Below, piece after piece: positions 10,138 to 19,500 of a stretch of DNA of 64,000 bases. This stretch comes from Oopsacas minuta. Taxonomy: Eukaryota > Animalia > Porifera. The stretch's first letter is position 1. Every line of letters begins with the position of its first letter. A program made the translations under genes and the position numbers. The notes under the pieces are model-generated. The model was not told where the DNA came from and searched no databases. It saw only the letters and a program-made list of their open reading frames with translations. The DNA lies in assembly GCA_024704765.1 (NCBI GenBank), contig JAKMXF010000088.1:558001-622000 (forward strand). Direction: 5' to 3'.

Positions 10138-12078
10138 TTACAGAAAAAACATTATAATTACGGAAATAATTAGAAATAATACGATAAGCCCACCAGATGT
10201 TAAAATGAATATATTCTTTGTCTCAATTTCCAAATTTAGAACATTTTCAAATATGTTAGAGACCTCGAAAAGCTTCTCTAATTTCTCATTTTTCGTATTT
10301 ATTTCAGTTTGGAATTTGCATTTCATATAGTCGAGCCCCTCGTTAACCCCCTTTTCATAGTTGGTCTCCACTGCCTTGTATGTGTATTGTCCTAGAGTGG
10401 GGCTGGCCGGCCATCTGTCATTGTCTCCCGAGCTAACAACCGAATCCGAATTTTGGCATGTAAAACTAATTGCTCCTGAAACAGGAATGCTCGTAGGTCT
10501 GTGTAGCGTTTTAACCATTTCTATGAAATTAATTAGAATTTCCTTTTCATCTGAGTGTGTAGTTTCATGTAGAATGGCGCCGAATTGTTGTGAAAGCTGC
10601 ATCAGCTGATCGATACGCTCAAACAATGATTTAGTAATGTCTTCAACAAGTATAATATCCTCTGTTGACATTTTGCGACGTCTATTGGAATTAATTTTGC
10701 TTAAGAGATCATTTATTTCCGAGGATATTTGTTTGCGTGTCCCGAAAACAAGGGATTGGAGACTATTTTTCCTTCCTTTACTGGTGAAAGAATTTGTGGA
10801 ATAGTTTAATTTTATGATATTAACCTGACTTTCCAAATTGGCGAAATCGCTTTTCACTACTTTCCCTTCTATTAAGGCCTCTGTAACATTAAAACCCAAT
10901 GAATCCTCGTCTTCGCTAAAACCCCCGTGTTTGCTGCTTGTTGGATTACACATAGTTTTAGATCGTTGTAGTCTATGTTGTCTGGGTGATTCTAAAGTTA
11001 TTTGGTCTTTCATACTTCCCTCGTTTTGTACACTTATTGACTGAACTGATAAAGTTTCTATGCTATCACTTGGGAGTGAGAACACATCTGAAGAAGTGTT
11101 AGGACTGAGTTTAAGAGTGTCATCAGGTTTTGTGTCGGATTGTTCGCTTTTTCCTGGAGAGCTCACGGGCTCTTCTCGTGTCTCATCGAATGAAGTTTCT
11201 TTAGCCCTTTCAATTGGATTTTTAATTTTGGTTTTGATTTTTCGCTCGAGGAGGTTTGTTGGACATGAGTGCTTCTTGTCTTTTAGGAAACTCGGTCGTC
11301 TCGTCATTTCCTCTCTCACTTCCTCTGGAACCGGTGCTTGCATTAGCTCGTCATAATCCGTGTAAAGGTGGAAATCTTCCAAACTTATTCCTGTTTCAGA
11401 AACCCGTCCCGAATTGCTCTCAAGACCGGAATCCTTATCATCCGCATCCGATTCTCCGGTATCCACCTCTTGACATTCTGTCTGTGTGGATTTACACTCG
11501 CTCGTTGCAATTGAGATGTAATTTAATTTTCGCTCAAATTCCATCAATCCAGTTTTACACACTCCACATTGTGTGTTCATTAAGCTCATCATGGAATATA
11601 TTTGCGACAGTGAGCCCTGTAACTTTTCCTGCTGGACTTGTCCTTGTGAAATAGCTCGTATTTGGTTCATCGCTGCGTTGGTGCACGTTCGTATTGTATC
11701 AATGTTAGACACGACCCAGTTTAAGCTGTCAATCCCCCCTTTACCCTCCGAGGAGATAATTTCTTCCTCCTCCGTCGATCCGTAAGATACAAATGAGCTT
11801 TGTCTAGTGAGAAATTCTAGCGTCGTGTCAGGAACCGGGCTAACTCTATTACTATTGTCCATGTAAGGAATTTGGAGATTATTTTGACTATCTTTTGTCT
11901 CTCGAAATGCCTCAATGAGTTTTTCAGAGAGGGCTGTTTGATGTGCTACAACGTTTGTCAATTGCTGACAGAGATCTGTGAACGAATCGATCGGCTTGGT
12001 ACGCATTAGCGGTATTTTCCGCGGCTGTTTGGAGTTCGTTAATACACTGCGAACATCGTGAGCCACTAGTTCAGACAT
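10138..12078 (-). CDS. Tail-anchored coiled-coil protein with an MRVI1 (IRAG/LRMP)-like domain, intronless
   Basis: 646-aa ORF with a Ser/Glu-rich middle and a C-terminal hydrophobic helix. IKLNYSTNSFTSKGR..ISSEI and SQQFGAILHETTHSDEKEILINFIEMVKTLH resemble the IRAG/LRMP motifs LSLGFKCDWFTLEKR..LKKEI and [31 protein letters not shown] (recalled, not searched). Confidence 0.65.
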   Translation of the reverse strand: MSELVAHDVRSVLTNSKQPRKIPLMRTKPIDSFTDLCQQLTNVVAHQTALSEKLIEAFRETKDSQNNLQIPYMDNSNRVSPVPDTTLEFLTRQSSFVSYGSTEEEEIISSEGKGGIDSLNWVVSNIDTIRTCTNAAMNQIRAISQGQVQQEKLQGSLSQIYSMMSLMNTQCGVCKTGLMEFERKLNYISIATSECKSTQTECQEVDTGESDADDKDSGLESNSGRVSETGISLEDFHLYTDYDELMQAPVPEEVREEMTRRPSFLKDKKHSCPTNLLERKIKTKIKNPIERAKETSFDETREEPVSSPGKSEQSDTKPDDTLKLSPNTSSDVFSLPSDSIETLSVQSISVQNEGSMKDQITLESPRQHRLQRSKTMCNPTSSKHGGFSEDEDSLGFNVTEALIEGKVVKSDFANLESQVNIIKLNYSTNSFTSKGRKNSLQSLVFGTRKQISSEINDLLSKINSNRRRKMSTEDIILVEDITKSLFERIDQLMQLSQQFGAILHETTHSDEKEILINFIEMVKTLHRPTSIPVSGAISFTCQNSDSVVSSGDNDRWPASPTLGQYTYKAVETNYEKGVNEGLDYMKCKFQTEINTKNEKLEKLFEVSNIFENVLNLEIETKNIFILTSGGLIVLFLIISVIIMFFL

Positions 12079-12291
12079 TTCTAAGGACTTTAGTTTAGAA
12101 AATAAGCTAATTTAGTGTATTTATAGATAGAGCTTATGAAATAATTCCCTATTTGCTCTAATTCAATTCTGTGTGTTTGTATAACAGTAAGTTTAGTGAT
12201 GTATTATGACTATGGAATCTATACAGGTCGATTTTACAACTCATTAATTAATACTCTCTTTGAAATCAATATTTTACCACTGATAATGAAA

Positions 12292-12423
12292 GACACGCCT
12301 TATTTGTAGTCTGACACGCCTTGTTTGTAGTCTGACACGCCTTGTTTGTAGTCTGACACGCCTTATTTGTAGTCTGACACGCCTTATTTGTAGTCTGACA
12401 CGCCTTATTTGTAGCCTGACACA
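12292..12423. repeat. 21-bp minisatellite, 6 full copies plus a partial
   Basis: Unit gacacgcctt(a/g)tttgtagtct repeated head-to-tail with no spacers. Confidence 0.95.
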
Positions 12424-13388
12424 TATTATTGGGAGTGTTTATGGGTCAATCTGATAGAGGATTAATTTAGATGAATGCTGCTCTCGTTTATGGCAATTAC
12501 TATGAAAAATGTCAGAGTTTCATTCACGATTCGCTCTCACTCTTTACTATTAAGTGTTATGTATAAATTCATACATTCTTGGTCCTAGCGCTTATCATTT
12601 TCGTGGCCATTTTTGGTAAAAAAACTCGATTTTTGAATATACGAAATCAGAAGAAATAATTATTTTCTACTTGCAAAACCTCCCTAACTGATAGTCAATA
12701 ATATCTACCGTCTACATCAGCAGACTCTATTGTCTGGGATTTTGCGCGCGCGCAGTTGTAGGTATTTTATCCTATGATTACAGCAAGTGAATCTGTATTG
12801 ATATGATAACTTAATTCCTACACAAACCTACATTATGTAATTACCTTACAGTTGCAAAATTATTGATATGGTTGTTAAAGTATATACACATGTGTGAACG
12901 AATCTTTCTGGCAATTTTGTTATATCATTTCCGCTCTTAAACACTTTTGTGGAGGAGGCTATGACTGTATACAAAACACAATTTGCGGAGTCGAGTTTAT
13001 AGAACTTTGGGGGCAAAGCTGTCGCCCTTGAAAGATAGTTCACTCATCAAATGTTAAAACTACTTGTCTTTACATTTATCCGTTTAACAATCCTCTTCAC
13101 AGAGCGTCCGTTTTGGAAGTTTCAGTACAACCTCATAATTAACTAACATTCTATTATTAGTTTGCCCAGCTGTCAATTTGGTTAACATAACCACGCATAT
13201 ACAGAATTAATATAATTAATACCACTTGTTAGAGATTAATTGTTAGACACATAAGCAATCTAGTAATGTGTCATTATTATCTGTAGTTTGTTATTATTAT
13301 TTCTAAGAATTGCTATATACTATGGATATGTTATAAACAGACACGCTTCGCCGTTCGAAAACAAAAGATCCTTTAAAAATTGGTGTTA

Positions 13389-13511
13389 CTGTCAACTCCA
13401 GTTAAATCGAACTCAAGGGAACGCATAATTATTTCTATTTAATCGATGGAATTTTTGTTACGAATTTTTGTATTTGATGTATCCAGTGTTCGATGTATTG
13501 GGAGTTGACTG
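13389..13511. mobile_element. Family-A MITE
   Basis: ta|ctgtcaactcc...ggagttgactg|ta. Confidence 0.78.
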
Positions 13512-13640
13512 TATTTAGTTGATATGAGTTTAATTACATAAATATTAGGTAAATATGAACTAAAATACAGTTAAGTACACAAGCACACACTAAATCTATC
13601 ACACACTAGATCTGTCATGCACTAAATCTATCACACAACA

Positions 13641-15164
13641 TCAAAACAACAAAACAAATATTACAACAAACATCACTAGTAACAAATTAGCAACTACGCT
13701 AACACCAATTGATATACTCTCAAGTACAGCTTCTGCGGAATCTCTACCTGCGAAATATGCACCGTGTACAAACCCGTTATATTGCATACTAGTAGCTTCC
13801 CCACTGAAGTATACCCTGCCAACTGGTGCCGCTAGGTCTATGAATGTCTGGTTGGTGACCCCTAAGGGAATGTTGGAGTATGATCCAAGGAAATATGGGT
13901 CTGTATACCATGTGGATTGTATAAATGCCGTTGGTTCAGTCACGTTGCTACCGTAGATACTGCGTAGAACCTGAACCAATTCATTGATAGTTTCATTTTC
14001 GTTTTGTAGTAATAGTCTAGTTGCAATTTCCCCTGTTGTAGTAATTTGCAGGACATTATTACCATCTGGCAAAAACAAATTTTCAGACAGAAATAGCGGG
14101 AAATAACCTCTGACGTCACTTACATAGCCAATAAACTCGACATCATCCCAGAAAACTGTGGGAAATTCAGCATACATTTTAAGGTAATGAGCCATTGAGA
14201 ACATGTTAATAACATCGAGTTTCCATTCAGGCAAATCTGGCTCGAATTTCATGTTTATTTCTTCCGATTGCAACACTCCAATACTGAAGGTTATAATAGC
14301 ATATGAAGCGCAGTACTCCTTCATAACACCGTCCCTATACGTTTCAACACAAACGCAATCGTCGCTCCATTTTATAATATTTACCTTTGTTTCTAAAAGC
14401 AACCGCGAGTTGTTGATACCTAATATCCCATCAGCGATGCACTCAACTAGTTTAGCATATCCTGATTGATCGGAGATCAGGAAATCCTCAGTATTACTTG
14501 CATTGCCAAAGTCAGTGTAAGTTGACAGAGGCTGGGAATGAAATAACGATGTATTATCCGGCGGTTCTGCAAAGCAGAAATCGAAACAAAACCAATCCAA
14601 GAACGCATCTTCATTAGAATCAACAGTCCAGTTACTTTGCAACAGAGCTTCTCTCACGGTTATATCGGTCTGACCATCTGCTTGTCTCGCTGTACTAATA
14701 TATTCTACATTTTCGTAAGCATCGGCTATTCCATCATAATCTAAGAGATCTGAGACTTGCAATCCAGTACTGTCGTACTCGATTATGGAATCAAAATCTG
14801 AGAAATTGCCTTGTATACCTCCACAACGTTGAGCTAATTCGTATAGGGGATGCGCCTCAGGGTCGTCTGGATCGACCCCCTGGATCCAATTGGCACCCAA
14901 TTCAACCTTAGCACCCCCGGGACGGATTTCAGAATGGAAAATACGGCCTCCGATCTGTGGCTTCGCTTCTATGATAAGAAAATCGGTCATTCCCTCATCG
15001 AATAATGTCCTAGCAGCATTTATGCCTGCCATTCCTGCACCTAGAATCAACACTTCAGCGTCAAGCTCTCCACATTCAGGTAGCGAACTAACCGCTTGCA
15101 AAGTGGCTAGTAAAATTATTAGGAAATTCATGATTAGCTTCATGGTGTTTGTTAGACATCCCAT
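13641..15164 (-). CDS. FAD-dependent polyamine oxidase, plant (maize PAO)-type, with signal peptide and probable GPI anchor; intronless
   Basis: VLILGAGMAG, IIEAKPQIGGRI, VELGANWIQG, FAEPPDNTSL..QPLSTYTDFG..FLISDQSGY, YLKMYAEFP and VYFSGEATS..NGFVHGAYFAG. N-terminal hydrophobic leader and a terminal hydrophobic tail with no cytosolic residues. Confidence 0.9.
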   Translation of the reverse strand: MGCLTNTMKLIMNFLIILLATLQAVSSLPECGELDAEVLILGAGMAGINAARTLFDEGMTDFLIIEAKPQIGGRIFHSEIRPGGAKVELGANWIQGVDPDDPEAHPLYELAQRCGGIQGNFSDFDSIIEYDSTGLQVSDLLDYDGIADAYENVEYISTARQADGQTDITVREALLQSNWTVDSNEDAFLDWFCFDFCFAEPPDNTSLFHSQPLSTYTDFGNASNTEDFLISDQSGYAKLVECIADGILGINNSRLLLETKVNIIKWSDDCVCVETYRDGVMKEYCASYAIITFSIGVLQSEEINMKFEPDLPEWKLDVINMFSMAHYLKMYAEFPTVFWDDVEFIGYVSDVRGYFPLFLSENLFLPDGNNVLQITTTGEIATRLLLQNENETINELVQVLRSIYGSNVTEPTAFIQSTWYTDPYFLGSYSNIPLGVTNQTFIDLAAPVGRVYFSGEATSMQYNGFVHGAYFAGRDSAEAVLESISIGVSVVANLLLVMFVVIFVLLF

Positions 15165-15170
15165 AATATC

Positions 15171-15237
15171 TGGTATAGCCTATTATATTTGGTATAGCCT
15201 ATTATATTTGGTATAGCCTATTATATTTGGTATAGCT
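15171..15237. repeat. 19-bp minisatellite, about 3.5 copies, just upstream of the PAO start
   Basis: Unit tggtatagcctattatatt repeated in tandem. Confidence 0.92.
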
Positions 15238-15373
15238 TACCACAGTAATGCCGAATCACTAGTTTGACCTGAGATGAGGTAAGTGTTTATATTTTGATGC
15301 AAATTCTTTAAACCTTTATTAAACACTTATGTGTCTCATATTACAACAAATCGTATAAATGTACTAATCAAAC

Positions 15374-15837
15374 GGGGGCGTTGCTTTAGTTAGAATTTTC
15401 TGAATTGTAACAAGTTAGAGTCAACTTTTAGTTTATTGCAACAAGTTCGAATCGAATTCAGTCTTTTTATTGTAGTAATTATAAACCCGTACCATTGGGA
15501 GGGGATTAGGGATTTAGTTCACTACCTTATGGATCTGGGAGTTTTCATTTTTACTCGTTATTAAGCTACCTAGGGGCGGGGATGTGGACTTCATGGTAAT
15601 TTTGTGTTTGGATGAACATTTGTTGGACTAATTATTAGTAAAGTCTGCAGAATGGCGGTCATGGATTTTTTGTTTTTAAACTTGCGACAACAGGATGAAA
15701 ATCCATTCTGACTTGTGGCAACAGTCGGAAAATCGATTCGAACTTGTTGTAATAGACTAAAAATCGATTCGAACTAGCTACAATTCAGAAAATTCCAATT
15801 AATGACAACCTTAAAATTCTAACTAAAGCATGCACCT
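15374..15837. mobile_element. Non-autonomous element with long imperfect terminal inverted repeats (class uncertain)
   Basis: Left arm gctttagttagaattttctgaattgta...caacaagttcgaatcga is mirrored at 15740-15837. No coding capacity. Confidence 0.6.
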
Positions 15838-16506
15838 CAATCAAACATTCTTACAATTCTTGGTGTTATTAGCTCCTTACAGACACAAATTGCATTAGTA
15901 TATTACTAGAAACTCGTATTATCTCTTCTTTATGTAACTTATAGAGATTTACTTCTACTTCATTCAATTGCCTACATATCTTGTCATATTATGTACTATT
16001 CTATAGTTTGTCAGTGCGACTTATTGGCCGCGTTTTACAAATTTATGAGCTTATCTTAGTATTTAAGATTACTCCACACTTATCAACCATTTCTGGCATA
16101 TGTTATTTGGTTTATCCCCTTCTGAAACTGAAACGAGGCTTAATTAAAAGAGTTTCCCCTAACATATGATGTGTTATACGAGTACCAATATGCATACCTA
16201 ACAAACTCTAAAATCAATTCACTGAATTTACAAGTTTTGAATCCATAATTAGCAATTTTCAGGCAATTATTCGGGAAAAACCGACAGAAAATTGCAAATA
16301 TCTCCCTGGATTTCTTGTAAAATCTCAGAAAGTATGCATGTGACGGGTCCTTCATAAACCCAAATTCGCCCCTAATAGCAATTATCTACCCTCTATTCTG
16401 TTCTGTTCGTGTTTGTTGGAGAATTGCGTGTTATATTCACCATTATTGCCACTTAACAGTTTCAAAAATTGTAATTAGAACTGTTTTTCATATAATTATT
16501 TGTACA

Positions 16507-19500
16507 ATGTTGAGTTTAGAAATGTTTAAAAAACTGAAACAAGCTCTCGCTAGTTCTGGGAGTGCGTCTCTCCTTGCCAGCAATCAGTTTGATGAATTAC
16601 AAAGCAAATTCTTATTACACAAGGTAAGTGAATAATTGCAGATTTGTGGATATTTTGGGATGGAATAAGGGGAATAACCTGAGATCCTCTATCTTTAGAT
16701 ATGTTACCCCCATTTTTCTTTAATCTGGTTGCTATATTATGAAATAAAGCGTATGCCGGTTATGAGAACACCCTTGGGAGTAGCTATACATGTGCTTATA
16801 ACCGGTATAAATATACAAGAGTATATGAGAGCATATTCTGTATGTATATTTTGATTCAAATACTCTTGTAGACAACTTTTCATGGATTTCCACCAAACCC
16901 TACTTGCTTCACTCATGATTCAATCTGGTCTCTTCTCTTTATTGGCACATCAACTGGACAAATATATATGTAAGCCCCTAGCAACTGATCAGGTCTTATG
17001 GCATGTTATTATATCCAATTAATCTATAGGTATGGTACACCTGGTCTGGAGATTAAGACAGAGCATCCCGATTATCCAATTAACTTCTCTTCGATCCAGT
17101 ATCTCTTCCCTCTCTCAGAACATGTAATACATTGTGTTCTATTTTGAATTATCTATACACTCAACTCCCGTTAGATCGAAGTAATTAACACGGCCCCTTG
17201 GGCTTCGATGTAACGGGTGTTGTATACACATATTTATGTTTACAAATTACAATCCTCATTAGATGCAGTTAGTATCTATCTGTGAGAACAATACACTCCA
17301 TGTATGGAGTATCTGTGATGAAGATAATAACGCTCAACTAATAGTACTGAATCAAAAAGAATTAATACAAGGAAGGTAAGGCCAAATCTTATTCATCTGC
17401 GGACCCCTATACCAATGTTAACACTCTCTGTGAACCCTCTTTCAGAGATTTTTGTATCATATTGGGCCCTGGGAACCGTGCACTACGTAATATTTAATAT
17501 CATTTTGTTTGTTGATAGAGGGAAGGAGATTACTGCATGTTGTATTCGGAGACACTGTGTGTATTTCGGCACAGGTGATGGAAGGCTATACGAAGTAGAA
17601 CTACAGTTCATGGGGATAACTCTAATAGAGTGAGTTTAGTGTTTATTTATTTGTATTTATTGAAACACATTCTGTTATTTGTTTGTTTGTTTATCTTTCA
17701 GTTGGGAAGAAGGAGAATCAACACCTATTGTTTCCCTTGAGATCTGTCCTACAGATAGGAATTTTGTGAGTTGTTCATCAACTTAACTTTGACAAAATGT
17801 GTTTACATATTTGTTGTTGTTTAGATGTTGTGTGGCTATAAGAATGGATTAGTTGCACTTAGAAATGTTAAACAAGGTATTTCAGTTTACAGTGTGCAAC
17901 GCAAGCAAATAGTAAGTTTATAATTTATTAACGAACCATGGATATGTTCCTATAAAAGTTTAAGCCAAATTTTATATACAATAGACTCCGCAGGGTCACT
18001 TCGGGAACAGGCAATTTAGACGCGATTAAGCATAGTCTACTGTTATGCATGGCCTAATACAGTGAAGCCTCCACGAACGGGGAGCATATTTCAGCGTCCC
18101 AGCACCCCGTATGGAGGTTACACTATACTGTTCTATTTATAGAAGGAGACCTGGGGTGCATGTAGTCTGACTGGTGTAACTTGGCAACATACAGGGGATG
18201 GATTCTTAGCCTGTTATTCTAACGGAGAGATTGCTTATTGGACAGTATCTAATAGAGGAACGCCTGATTATGTAAATACTTTCTTTGGTAAGTAAACATC
18301 TAACTGATAAACAAACAAACAAACAAACAAACAAACAAACAAACAATATCTGTGAATATTTAATGATGAAGAGAGGTAACATAATAAGTGAATCAATACT
18401 TAGTTTATAAGAAAGAATAAAGTATTATTAGTTAAGATTTGAGAACTGATCGATCTCTTCTATTTGTTCCTTTTCACACTGTTTCCATGATTCCAGTTCC
18501 TTAACTAATCTGTCTAGTTTGTTCCGCTTCTCATCAGCCTGAATTACTAATTCCTGTTTCCTCTCTTCCCTCATTCTCTCTGCTGAGAAGAGCTTTATCC
18601 TCATGCCTATAGCTCTTAGCTTTTCCTTTTCTACCAAGTTTCCCAATTTGTCGATCTTGTTAATAAATCCTGATATAACTGTCTGGAACTCTTCTACGCT
18701 ATCAAGGAAGCTCCTACACTCGTCTCTCAGTTTAGTACTGTCTCCTGTTACTTCTGGATTTACTACACAGAGTTTGTCTAATTCGTCGAAGAATATTTTT
18801 GGATTCTGTTTTTGCATTCTAAGTTTTGAACTGGAAATTTGATGAATGAATTATTTACAAAATATGATGGAACTTCGTTAATACGAATTTCCGTCCGAAT
18901 AATACTGTCTGTCGGAGGCCGTATTACTGATTATTATTATTATTATTATGCATTTTTCTGTAGAAAGTGAGTTTAACCTTGAGGCTATCACGAAGCCAAT
19001 ATGGACAAGGTAAGTCTACAATGTCTTGTAAATATATATATCGCTTCATACATACCTATACCCACCAATAGTATCCAGGGTGATAGTTTATATTAGCACA
19101 TTTAGGTAGGGGCCATTTATATTGATATCTTCACCAATTTCCCTCACGTTGTATGACAATGTATCACAGATTTCCTTGTTTAATATACGTGCAGCCAACT
19201 CCTATTATATCGAACACGGATATATCCAAATCCCCGCTTATATCAAAGTATGAAAGTATACAAATATGGTCCCAAACCGCCAAAGTAACATATTTTATCG
19301 GTTTTATCGAAGTGATTATCACGATCCCTTTGGCTTCGATACAACAGGAGTCGACTATATACATTTGTTCTCTCTCTCTAGTAGTGACATACTTGTATTC
19401 GGAGGTGGAATCCCAGAAGATCTAGCTACAAATCCCACTATAACATTAGCACGAGCACGAGAACCAGAAAAGCTAGAATTAACAAGCCCAATAGCATCAC

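Noticed and set aside
10138-10220. C-terminal helix of the 646-aa protein as a KASH domain
   Set aside because: The protein stops at the end of the hydrophobic helix; there is no luminal peptide or PPPX terminus.
12292-12423. Regular direct repeats as a CRISPR array
   Set aside because: Units are contiguous with no unique spacers, there are no cas genes, and the context is eukaryotic.
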